Shown: positions 20,720-29,411, numbered from the stretch's first letter. The stretch: DNA of 43,190 bases from an uncultured Thermoplasmata archaeon (GCA_964454575.1 CAYVTG010000004.1:1-43190); one strand, 5' to 3'. Made by a program: numbers and translations. The notes: generated from the sequence alone by a model not told the origin.

Positions 20720-21847
20720 TCATCTCAATCTTTCCACTGCCTTTTCAAGCAGTTCTAAGCCCACGGAGAATGAAAATCTGACGATATCGTCCCCTTTATC
20801 ATGGTAAAAACTGCTGCCTGGAACCACTGCCACTTTTTTTTCTCGAACCAAATATTTTGCAAAGTCTATGTCGTTCATACCGAAGGAATCTATGCCTGCC
20901 ATCATGTAGTAGGCGCCGTGGGGCAGTATCGGCTCGAATCCAATATCCGTAAGATTATCGAACAGAAAATCCCTGGCCTCTCTATAACTCGCCAACATCT
21001 TTTCGTAGTATCCATTGGAGATATGTTCTACCTCTTTGAGTGCATCTTGGAAAGGGGTCGGTGCACATATAGTTGTATAGTCGTGTACCTTTCTTATCGG
21101 TACCATCAATTCTTTCGAAGCGGAAGCGTACCCTACCCGCCACCCGGTTACAGAGTAAGTTTTGGAAAAACCGTTCAAAGTCACGGTCCTTTCCCGCATA
21201 CCGTCAAGATTGCCTATGGATATATGATCTCCCTCATAAACGATCCGCTCGTAGATCTCATCGGAAAATACAAGAACGTCGTTATCCACACAAAGATCTC
21301 TGATCAGTTCCAGCTCTTCTCGCCGGAAGACCTTTCCCGAAGGATTGTGAGGTGTATTCAATATGATGGCCTTTGTGTTCTTACCTATCTTGGCTTTCAG
21401 ATCCTCTTCGTTTAACCCGAGCTCCCTATCGATGTCGGTATAAACCGGCTTACCGGATGCCAGTGAAACCGCCGGCACATAATTTTCGTAGTGGGGCTGA
21501 AATATCAACACCTTTTCACCGCTGTCTACATGGGCAAGAACGGAGGACATCAGAGCTTCACTGGTACCGCATGTAACTGTTATCTCGTTTTCCGGATCAT
21601 AACTCATCCCGTTGAAATCCGCTAACTTTTTTGATATATATTCTCGGAGTTCCCTAAGACCCCAAGTTATGGAATACTGATTTTTGTTCTTAAGACTCTC
21701 GAAGACTGCTTCCATCACATCTTTCGGTATAGGATACCCCGGATAGCCTTGAGATAGATTCACAGCATCGTATTTCTCCGCTTCTCTTGTCATCTCCCTG
21801 ATGACCGACTCAGGAAATCCCTTTACCCTTGATGCCTCTCGTTTCAT
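20720..21847 (-). CDS. Class I/II PLP aminotransferase
   Basis: NLSQG.P, NTPHNPSG, SDEIY, SKTYSVTGWRVG, VRFSF. Confidence 0.93.
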   Translation of the reverse strand: MKREASRVKGFPESVIREMTREAEKYDAVNLSQGYPGYPIPKDVMEAVFESLKNKNQYSITWGLRELREYISKKLADFNGMSYDPENEITVTCGTSEALMSSVLAHVDSGEKVLIFQPHYENYVPAVSLASGKPVYTDIDRELGLNEEDLKAKIGKNTKAIILNTPHNPSGKVFRREELELIRDLCVDNDVLVFSDEIYERIVYEGDHISIGNLDGMRERTVTLNGFSKTYSVTGWRVGYASASKELMVPIRKVHDYTTICAPTPFQDALKEVEHISNGYYEKMLASYREARDFLFDNLTDIGFEPILPHGAYYMMAGIDSFGMNDIDFAKYLVREKKVAVVPGSSFYHDKGDDIVRFSFSVGLELLEKAVERLR

Positions 21848-21848
21848 A

Positions 21849-22796
21849 TCAATCGGAATAAATATATGTGCCTTCCTCTCCTTTTAAAGCATCTCCCAGA
21901 CATTCTGGAGACGTGATCAAGACCTTCTTACCTCCATTCTCTAAAAATCGGATCGACGCCTTGATCTTCGGACCCATGCTACCGGGTGGGAACTGTCCTT
22001 CTTCAAGATACTTACGTGCCTCAGCTACAGTCATCTCAAAGACAGGAGTTTGGTCTTCCTTGTTAAAGTTCAGATAGACCCGATCCGGTCTTGTTAGCAT
22101 TATAAAGAATTCTTCTTCTATCTCAGTAGCCAGCACTGCACTGGCAAGGTCCTTGTCGATGACCCCTTCGATGCCCTTCAATCCATCTTCGGATTCGACT
22201 ACCGGTACACCGCCTCCGCCGGCTGCGATTACGATATTGCCCTTTTCACCGCTGAAAACGAGTTCCTTTATCGAGTGTGATTCCACTATCCTCTTAGGTT
22301 CGGGAGAAGGTACTATCCGTCGGTATCTATTATCCGATGTTTCACCCATGCTCCAACCCTTTTTTTTCTCGAGTCTTTCAGCTTCTTCCTTCTCGTAGTA
22401 CGGGCCTACGAATTTTGTCGGATCTTTGAATGCCGGATCATGGCCGTCCACAACTACCTGGGTAACGATGCAGCATATATCTCTGTTGATCCCCCTCCGT
22501 ATCAATTCATTTTTTAGAGTGTGTTGGAATAGATAACCGATCTGACCCTGTGTTTGAGCTACACATACATCCAGGGGCAGCCGAGGAACTTGTCCCGCGG
22601 CGATATCGTTTTGTAGTAATATATTACCGACATGGGGGCCGTTGCCGTGGGTGAGAACCAATTCGTAGTCGTCCAATATCATTTCCGCTAAGATCTTACA
22701 AGTTACCCTTATATGCTCTAACTGCTCTTCTACTGTGCCTTTATCTTCAGGACGAAGTAGTGAATTACCTCCTAGAGCAACAAGAGCGGTCTTCAT
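21849..22796 (-). CDS. arcC: Carbamate kinase
   Basis: ALGGN, THGNGP.VG, PTKFVGP, AAGGGGVPV, VIDKD, GSMGPK. Confidence 0.95.
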   Translation of the reverse strand: MKTALVALGGNSLLRPEDKGTVEEQLEHIRVTCKILAEMILDDYELVLTHGNGPHVGNILLQNDIAAGQVPRLPLDVCVAQTQGQIGYLFQHTLKNELIRRGINRDICCIVTQVVVDGHDPAFKDPTKFVGPYYEKEEAERLEKKKGWSMGETSDNRYRRIVPSPEPKRIVESHSIKELVFSGEKGNIVIAAGGGGVPVVESEDGLKGIEGVIDKDLASAVLATEIEEEFFIMLTRPDRVYLNFNKEDQTPVFEMTVAEARKYLEEGQFPPGSMGPKIKASIRFLENGGKKVLITSPECLGDALKGEEGTYIYSD

Positions 22797-22901
22797 AAGG
22801 AATTTCGCATATAGTAAGGATGTATATAAATTTTATACCGATTTTAAACAAAAACATGATATACTCCGATATCTTCCAAGCAGTGATAGGACAGTGTTAA
22901 A

Positions 22902-23297
22902 ATGTGTGCAGATAGATTAGAAACATTGGAAAATGAACATCCCCTAAGGGATTACAAGATAACCATAGATTGTCCGGAGTTTACATGTCTGTGCCCCGAG
23001 AAGAGGGACCAACCGGACTTCGCGGTCATCACACTCACTTACGTACCCGACAAGAGGCTCATAGAACTCAAATCCTTGAAATATTACCTTACATCTTACA
23101 GAAACAAAGAGATCTACCATGAAGCTGCAACAAACCAAATATTCCAGGATCTGGTGGAGGCCTTGGAGCCCAGATATCTAAAGGTAAAAGGTGATTGGAA
23201 TGTTCGGGGTGGAATTACGACAAAAGTCGAAGTCGAGCATTTCGGAGAAGATTGGAAAAATTCACAAAAAGTGATCTCACACTACCACGAGTTATAA
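22902..23297 (+). CDS. queF: Unimodular (type I) QueF-like preQ0 reductase
   Basis: PEFTCLCP...QPDFA (catalytic Cys/Asp), QueF motif ELKSLKYY, YHE, RGGI. Confidence 0.8.
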   Translation: MCADRLETLENEHPLRDYKITIDCPEFTCLCPEKRDQPDFAVITLTYVPDKRLIELKSLKYYLTSYRNKEIYHEAATNQIFQDLVEALEPRYLKVKGDWNVRGGITTKVEVEHFGEDWKNSQKVISHYHEL

Positions 23298-23318
23298 AAA
23301 AAGGAGAGAAGGGGGAAC

Positions 23319-24164
23319 CTACTGTGCGTAGGTTTCCAAGAACGAATCCAGCCTAGGAATTGAATATTCTTTCGATACATCCTCTTCTTGAGCCGTCATC
23401 ATAGTTGTCTCGGCGGTACTATTTACTTCCGCTAAGTCCGGTTCCACCTTGGAATAGATTTCATTTTGGGCTTCGGTAGATACTCCACATTGCGTAAAGA
23501 ATTCAACCAGACAGCCAAGCTGTAAACGCTTGACCACCTGGTGAAGCATCCTTCCCGAAAGCTGCATAGCCTCTTTCGGTGTTTTGTCTGCATACATCTC
23601 TACGATCTTGTCGTTTTCGAATACAGTTGTAGCGTTGCTGATCTTAGACAGTTCCTTCAAAGATTTTGTTGCGAGATGATATCTATCACCTTCTACGGAG
23701 AAAGGCATAACTGCGTATGACACTACCAGTTTACCGTTCCTCTTAGCAAGATCTGCGACCACTTTCGAAGCACCAGATCCGGTTCCACCGCCGAGGCCAG
23801 CAGCGATCACAACTATGTCCGCTTCCTCAAAGGAGTTCAATATCTGTTCTTCGTACAACTCGGCCGATCTCTTTCCAAGGATAGGGTCTCCTTGAGCACC
23901 ATTTCCCTGGGTGAGCTCGCTTCCGATCAACATCTGTCTGTTCACGTCGAGTCCGTTTACCACGGTTTTATCCGTGTTTATACCTACGGTCTTTACGTTC
24001 GACATCTTCTGTTTAGTTATGTACTCCACAGTGTTGCATCCACATCCACCAACGCCAATGACATGTACATTCAAACCTTCTAAAAGTTCGTCTACCATGT
24101 CTGCTATGGCGCCTTCCATCTCATTTCCCGTTATTTCCCGGGATTCGGTCTTATTGTCGTTCAT
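23319..24164 (-). CDS. FtsZ/tubulin-family GTPase domain protein lacking the T7 loop and C-terminal domain
   Basis: GVGGCGCN, INTD, G.GA.GDP.LG, AGLGGGTGSG, PFSVEG, END; acidic tail with no NxDxxD motif. Confidence 0.85.
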   Translation of the reverse strand: MNDNKTESREITGNEMEGAIADMVDELLEGLNVHVIGVGGCGCNTVEYITKQKMSNVKTVGINTDKTVVNGLDVNRQMLIGSELTQGNGAQGDPILGKRSAELYEEQILNSFEEADIVVIAAGLGGGTGSGASKVVADLAKRNGKLVVSYAVMPFSVEGDRYHLATKSLKELSKISNATTVFENDKIVEMYADKTPKEAMQLSGRMLHQVVKRLQLGCLVEFFTQCGVSTEAQNEIYSKVEPDLAEVNSTAETTMMTAQEEDVSKEYSIPRLDSFLETYAQ

Positions 24165-24215
24165 TTGGCTATTCCTCCGAATATTTCGTTTGCCTATGCG
24201 TGGTTTCCCACGATC

Positions 24216-24608
24216 CTATCTCTGCAGATACTCACGGTCCTTTTCTTTATGGACCTCAAGGATCCCTTCCACTCTTCCACCTATCTCGCCGTATAAACGT
24301 AATTTTGATTCGATCTCTCCAGCATCGATGGTCAATAAACCTCTCTTGACCAGTTCCTGCAATGCGTGCTCCCAGCTGTTGAAATAGTCCAAGGAGATAA
24401 GGTAGTGTATAGAATGCTTGAACCGTTTTGGTAGATGTATTCTACCCGGAACTTCGGTCTCGCCGCTTCTGATACTGTGACGAGAGATATACTCCAAAGC
24501 TGCCTCTCTTATGAACTCAGATCTGTTTTTGAAATCATGTCTCGCTATGAACGAATCGACGATTTCCAGGTCTTCGTCAGACACCCGCAGTGATATCTTG
24601 CTTTCCAT
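24216..24608 (-). CDS. Ribbon-helix-helix (CopG/CdrS-like) regulator
   Basis: KISLRV...DL..VD.......F.NRSEFIREA; immediately upstream of the ftsZ homologue; ATG 24608 follows AGGTG. Confidence 0.8.
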   Translation of the reverse strand: MESKISLRVSDEDLEIVDSFIARHDFKNRSEFIREAALEYISRHSIRSGETEVPGRIHLPKRFKHSIHYLISLDYFNSWEHALQELVKRGLLTIDAGEIESKLRLYGEIGGRVEGILEVHKEKDREYLQR

Positions 24609-24870
24609 TTTTTGCACCTGCCTGCCCTACTGTTTTAGGCGGCGTATTACATTTGTCCGCCGTTTTTAGTTAGGGCGTAGGACATACCCCTATTGTTAGG
24701 TACCTATATAAAAGTTTTCATCGCCATCTATTTTTTTAATTTACACAGGCATCCACGTATACTTGTAGTACATTATAATTGATGTCATACTTAAATTCTT
24801 CTATCGATCTGCTATTTTTCGAATAAGTTTTATATACGATACGTCACTGCCAGGAACAGGTGAAAAAGAG

Positions 24871-25410
24871 ATGCTAAATGTATACAGATGTTGGATATGT
24901 GGGGAAACCTACTTGGGCGAAGAGCCCCCGTCGGACTGCCCCTTTTGCGGTGCCGACAGAAAATTCCTGAAGCCCGGCGAAGAGTACGAATACCCGGACG
25001 TAGAGTTGACCGAAGTTTCCAAGAAAAATTTAGAAGCCGCATTGGAATTGGAAGTAGATAACGCAACTTTCTATTTCTGTGCATACAACAGATCGGACGA
25101 TCCGAAAAAAGAAGGCATGTTTAAGAGGTTGGCTAAAGTAGAGTCCGAGCACGCCGAAGCGATATGCATGTTCCTTGATATCGATGAACCTAAGATAAAC
25201 AAGAACTCGGAAGACTGCTCGCACCACTTCCCGGACCTTTTAGAAGACGCTAAAACTAGAGAGACGGGAGCGATAAATCACTACAAAAAGTTCGCTGCAG
25301 AAGCCGAAGAACCACGTGTTAAGGAATTCTTCGAAGCCATCGTCGAGATCGAGACAGATCATCTTGAATTACACGCACACGAGATCGAAGAGTTGGGCGA
25401 AGAACACTAG
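24871..25410 (+). CDS. Rubredoxin-ferritin-like fusion (reverse rubrerythrin-like)
   Basis: N-terminal CWICG...CPFCG followed by two E..H diiron helix pairs (ESEH, ETDH). Confidence 0.85.
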   Translation: MLNVYRCWICGETYLGEEPPSDCPFCGADRKFLKPGEEYEYPDVELTEVSKKNLEAALELEVDNATFYFCAYNRSDDPKKEGMFKRLAKVESEHAEAICMFLDIDEPKINKNSEDCSHHFPDLLEDAKTRETGAINHYKKFAAEAEEPRVKEFFEAIVEIETDHLELHAHEIEELGEEH

Positions 25411-25490
25411 TTCCGAAACACAAAATTTATTTCACCCCTCTCTCTGTGGGCTGTCCGGCAGATGGTTAATTCAAACCATCTTTAGCAATC

Positions 25491-25695
25491 GCCATCGTAG
25501 CTTTCTCACAATCTAGAACGAAGATTCCAAGAAGCTAAGATGACTCACTCCGTTCGCCATCGTAGCTCAGTCGGAATTTAAACAGCAAATTCCAACAACC
25601 TACGAAGGCTCATTCCATTCGCCATCGTAGCTCACTCGGAAAAACGAACAGATTTTTCCAAGAAGCGACGATTCGTTTCACTCGCCATCGTAGCT
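25491..25695 (+). repeat. Tandem array of tRNA-Thr 5'-end duplications separated by ~52-nt structured units
   Basis: GCCATCGTAGCT starts at 25491, 25556, 25621 and 25684 (the tRNA itself); periods 65/65/63. Confidence 0.92.
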
Positions 25696-25755
25696 TAGCG
25701 GTAGAGCGGCTGGTTTGTAACCAGCAGGTCGGGGGTTCAATCCCCTCCGATGGCT
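25684..25755 (+). tRNA. tRNA-Thr(TGT)
   Basis: Acceptor GCCATCG/CGATGGC, anticodon arm GCTGG-tt TGT aa-CCAGC, T-loop TTCAATC; CCA not encoded; T-rich tract follows. Confidence 0.96.
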
Positions 25756-25765
25756 TCTTTCTTTT

Positions 25766-26069
25766 TAACCCCACTTATCTTGGTTTCTAAACAATGAGGG
25801 CATTTCATGATGAACCTTCCCCCAGTCCTTATCCTCGATATGCCTATAGTTGAAATCCAGGTCTTCTCGAGTGTCTTTGATCGAGAGAGATGAGGAATTT
25901 GTAATTCCTCTAGATCAGAAAGCCGTGGTGTATCTAGATAGATGAAGTTCATCGCAGTTCCTCCGTATAGAGACAGCCTTTTCGATAAGAATTCAGATTT
26001 CTTTATCGAATCTAACATATCACATAATCGCCTCATCTTTTCCGTTATTTCATCCGAGTAACCATTCAT
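25766..26069 (-). pseudogene. AbiEii-type nucleotidyltransferase toxin remnant (50-nt insertion, truncated)
   Basis: LYGGTAMNF...PRLS in one frame continues as EDLDFNYRHIEDKDWG in another frame after 50 nt, then hits a stop near 25766. Confidence 0.85.
25867..25916 (+). mobile_element. 50-nt structured insertion related to the tRNA-array units
   Basis: Removing it rejoins RLS|EDLD. It carries a GA-hairpin-GA motif and GAGGAATT-TGT-AATTCCTC. Confidence 0.65.
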
Positions 26070-26876
26070 TCAAACACCTCTCAGAAGATCTTCTAGATGT
26101 TTTGGTACGTAAAGTCCCCATCTTTTTTTTAATTCGCTGGAAACATCTCGATCGATGTAAACGGGTTTCCATCCAGGAGTCGGTCTTAGGGGTTTTAATT
26201 TTTCTTTTTCGATATGTTCGTAGTAAGGTGATCGATCTCGTAGCATCTCCAAAACATATCCGCACTTCAGTTCTAAAGTCTTGTTATTGTAGCTTGAAAG
26301 TACATCCTTTATGTTCTTTAGAGAGATACCTTTGAGGTTCGCAAGACTTTTGAGACATTCCTCCCAACCTCCGCAGAGATCGGTTCTGGAAAGGCAATCG
26401 ACGAAGGTTCTTTCAAGATCCGTTACTTTCAAACTTGTGTTTTTGTATTCGATGGACGTGATGTGCCCGAGGTGGTGTTTATTTACGACGGGGATGTAAC
26501 CGACCCCTTGAAAATCAAATCGTCTGAACCTATTTTTTTTCGCTACTATGATGAAGATCCTGGTGAAAGCGGAATGTGCCGAACCGTGTAATTCTAACGC
26601 GGTGTGATATCCCAGGGCATCGCATTTTTCGAGTTTGTTGCCGACTAAGTATCGGTCCGCTTGAAAATCTTCTTCCAGTTTGTCCAAAGGAATACCATAG
26701 TACAAGCCTTTCCTGACCTTCTTTAACTTCGCTTCTTTGATGAGCTTGTGTAGATATTTTCTGTAATAATATTCGTCCTCGACATCGAATACCTTTTTTG
26801 AGATATGCTTCAGGTCTTGGACGTTGACGACCTTCCTCTTCAGGACCTCTTGGTAAAACCGTTCTTTTTTGTTCAT
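26070..26876 (-). CDS. AbiEi-type antitoxin / transcriptional regulator
   Basis: N-terminal wHTH (L.KVRKGLY), YHTALELHG, VTDLERTFVDCL.R..LCGG.EE, GY.LE; directly upstream of the abiEii remnant. Confidence 0.88.
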   Translation of the reverse strand: MNKKERFYQEVLKRKVVNVQDLKHISKKVFDVEDEYYYRKYLHKLIKEAKLKKVRKGLYYGIPLDKLEEDFQADRYLVGNKLEKCDALGYHTALELHGSAHSAFTRIFIIVAKKNRFRRFDFQGVGYIPVVNKHHLGHITSIEYKNTSLKVTDLERTFVDCLSRTDLCGGWEECLKSLANLKGISLKNIKDVLSSYNNKTLELKCGYVLEMLRDRSPYYEHIEKEKLKPLRPTPGWKPVYIDRDVSSELKKRWGLYVPKHLEDLLRGV

Positions 26877-26904
26877 CTGGATCCCCTTTTGTAGATGTGA
26901 TGCA

Positions 26905-26995
26905 TTATGTTCTCTTATATTGGACATTAAAGAACATACTTACATATAAGTTTTTTGTGGTTCTGTTACGTAATGTTCTACCATATGAGACATTA
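26905..26995. promoter_or_regulatory. Two related 25-bp imperfect inverted repeats flanking the abiEi TATA box
   Basis: TTATGTTCTCTTATATTGGACATTA (26905-26929) and TAATGTTCTACCATATGAGACATTA (26971-26995), 19/25 identical; minus-strand CTTATATG lies between them. Confidence 0.65.
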
Positions 26996-27148
26996 TATGA
27001 AACGATCACATTCAATTTCATCGAAAAAAAGTTCGGTGTGGTCTGCCGACGTGCGCTGTGAGAGATGGAAGTGTTCTTGATGTTATCCCTATACCCCGTT
27101 GCTTGCTGCGGCTGGGAGGTTCATTAATAAACGTGATTTTTAAAGAGC

Positions 27149-27183
27149 GTTCTGGATAGCGAATGCAGTGAGCTATTGTGAAC
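27149..27183 (+). repeat. Solo GA-NN-GNA-NN-GA hairpin of the tRNA-array family
   Basis: GTTC.. ATAGC GA AT GCA GT GA GCTAT ..GAAC. Confidence 0.6.
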
Positions 27184-27263
27184 AGTTGCTATTTTTATAC
27201 CCCTTCATAAACCCATAAACCTTAAAGAAAGAATTATATACAAGTTGTTTCATATTCTCGTTC

Positions 27264-29411
27264 ATGGTGAAAATAACTAGCTTTTGGGTCAAACAGGCCT
27301 GCGTGTTACTGGTGATCCTCATGCTATCCAGTATGGTCGTTGTAGGGTCGGAAGGCGATTATGGACTGTATTACGAGGATCCGCAGGAATACCTAGATTT
27401 TCCGGATGTGGACCTGAAGAGTTTGAGCTCACGGGTGGAAAATGACTATCTCGTCATCGAATTGAAAACATACGGTAAAATATCGTACGAACCCGAGTAC
27501 TCCTATTCCATATATAACTCATATTCTTCATCCGAACAATACTGGTTTGACTTTTATTTTAGCGATGGCGAAGGTACCTTATATTACGAATCAGGGGACT
27601 TTTTTATAGAACTAAACAACGTATGGGATGTTTCCGACGACACCCTTACTGTGCGGGTCTCACTTCAATACATCTTTACACCTGAACAATTCGACCTGAG
27701 CGCATCTGCAGATTATTTCCCTTTGGATAATTTGTACGGATATATTTCAGATAATATCAATTGGGAACCCTTTTCATTCTTCGACAGTTCGTACAACTTT
27801 GACGAAGCGATCCCCATGGATATACCAGGTACTGCGGGAGGAATGCTGGAAGAAGAGGATAGCTGCGTTTACACTTTTGAACTTGAGGCCGGGACGGGCG
27901 TACAGATCGAGATGACGGCGAGTTTCAAAAGCTGGCCCTATTTTACCATATTCAACTCCGAAAAACAATATATTACCAGTTCGATGACGGAGGGAAGGAG
28001 CAGCACGTTGACCTTTGTACCCCAAACAGATGGAATTTACTATCTCGGTATCGATGGCTGGTCGGTATCGGGAAGATACAAGATAACAACATCCTTGCGT
28101 GGTCTGAGCGGAGAGGATTATCAAAAAGGATCGCAAGAAAATGTTCCATGGCAAACCGGAGATAGTTGGACAGCGGGTGTCTATATCAGTACAGACGAAA
28201 TTATGTCTATGATGTTAGCCGGTGACAAGTACTGGGAGGACGAGTTTATACATAAATACTCCTCGGATGGTGGTTTGGCCCATTTTATGGTTGTCACCTA
28301 CGCAGGCAAAGAGGGCGACGGCTACAAGTTCGACTACGAGAGCAGACTTTACTGCGACATGAGCCTGAACATGACTTTCCCCTCAACGATGTATTATTGG
28401 GAGAGTGACGATAGTTTCGAAGAGTACATGAACTTCAGCGTTATTGCAGACATCAGCTACGAAGGCAGCATCTGGTTGGGATTTTACGAGAACGGACAAG
28501 GCGATGCCTATTACGGGATAGAAAAACAGACCATAAGTCTGAACGCTTCGTTCGATATATATTCTGAGATGACTTTTTCCGACTTCTGTTCGGGTACGGA
28601 TTGTGGCTATTACAGATTCGAGTCTCGTAGTATAAATAAAGTTGATCTTGATCTTACAAAAGAGAACACTCCCGGGATACCGTTTTTACCGGCAGAGGAC
28701 AGATCCGTTGAAGTAGATAAAAAAGTTTCCACAACCGTCACGGGCCATTCTTATACACATACCCGAACCAGTTTCAATTCTTCAGATGCCGACTTTTTGG
28801 ATTTTTACACGGACGATATGGATCATACATATGATAATGATTTTAACGACTCATACACATGGTATTACATCCTTGAATATGATTCCGAAACGAAGATAGC
28901 TGAAACAACTCCTGCCCTCACAGATCCGTTTTCATATCTCTTCATGGGTATGTATCAATCCTACGGATATGTCGACGGCGTGGCCATCGAGGACTCACAT
29001 AATGAATGGTTGGACCAACCCCCGTCAAAAGCAACCTACCATCCCGATAGCGGCTTCTATTCTGCCTTCGAACTTCCACTGACCCCATTCGGCAGTAGCG
29101 GCGTGCCGATGGATGCATCAGTTGGTGGAGGCTTTATGCTCAGTTCGCTCGCAATGACGGATATCTCACCGGGCCTATCCATTGGAGGCACTTCTCAAGA
29201 TGAAGCAAATTTATTCTTTGATGATCCAGAAGAATACATGAGTATGAAGGAAGCTGGACAAGCCGGTTCTGATCCCCTTCCATTCATAATCATCTCTCTG
29301 GCCCTTGTTTTTATAGCCGCTGTATCTGTGGTGTTTGCCTGTGAGCTTCGTAAGATGAACGCACAGCAAAAAGAAGAGGTAGAAACACCTTATGAATACG
29401 GGGAGGAATAA
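27264..29411 (+). CDS. Large acidic secreted/surface protein with PPC-like beta domain and C-terminal TM anchor
   Basis: Signal peptide; YTFELEAG..VQI, F.PQTDG.YYLGI and GRY.I resemble the pre-peptidase C-terminal domain; D/E/Y/S-rich; terminal TM helix. Confidence 0.65.
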   Translation: MVKITSFWVKQACVLLVILMLSSMVVVGSEGDYGLYYEDPQEYLDFPDVDLKSLSSRVENDYLVIELKTYGKISYEPEYSYSIYNSYSSSEQYWFDFYFSDGEGTLYYESGDFFIELNNVWDVSDDTLTVRVSLQYIFTPEQFDLSASADYFPLDNLYGYISDNINWEPFSFFDSSYNFDEAIPMDIPGTAGGMLEEEDSCVYTFELEAGTGVQIEMTASFKSWPYFTIFNSEKQYITSSMTEGRSSTLTFVPQTDGIYYLGIDGWSVSGRYKITTSLRGLSGEDYQKGSQENVPWQTGDSWTAGVYISTDEIMSMMLAGDKYWEDEFIHKYSSDGGLAHFMVVTYAGKEGDGYKFDYESRLYCDMSLNMTFPSTMYYWESDDSFEEYMNFSVIADISYEGSIWLGFYENGQGDAYYGIEKQTISLNASFDIYSEMTFSDFCSGTDCGYYRFESRSINKVDLDLTKENTPGIPFLPAEDRSVEVDKKVSTTVTGHSYTHTRTSFNSSDADFLDFYTDDMDHTYDNDFNDSYTWYYILEYDSETKIAETTPALTDPFSYLFMGMYQSYGYVDGVAIEDSHNEWLDQPPSKATYHPDSGFYSAFELPLTPFGSSGVPMDASVGGGFMLSSLAMTDISPGLSIGGTSQDEANLFFDDPEEYMSMKEAGQAGSDPLPFIIISLALVFIAAVSVVFACELRKMNAQQKEEVETPYEYGEE

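Noticed and set aside
25491-25695. CRISPR interpretation of the Thr and Gln arrays
   Set aside because: The repeats are only 12-13 nt and equal tRNA ends, the spacers are mutually related and self-folding, and there are no cas genes.
25867-25916. Bulge-helix-bulge intron in abiEii (EndA is encoded nearby)
   Set aside because: The flanks can pair, but no clean 3-4-3 BHB could be drawn, and the restored frame still stops about 100 nt later.
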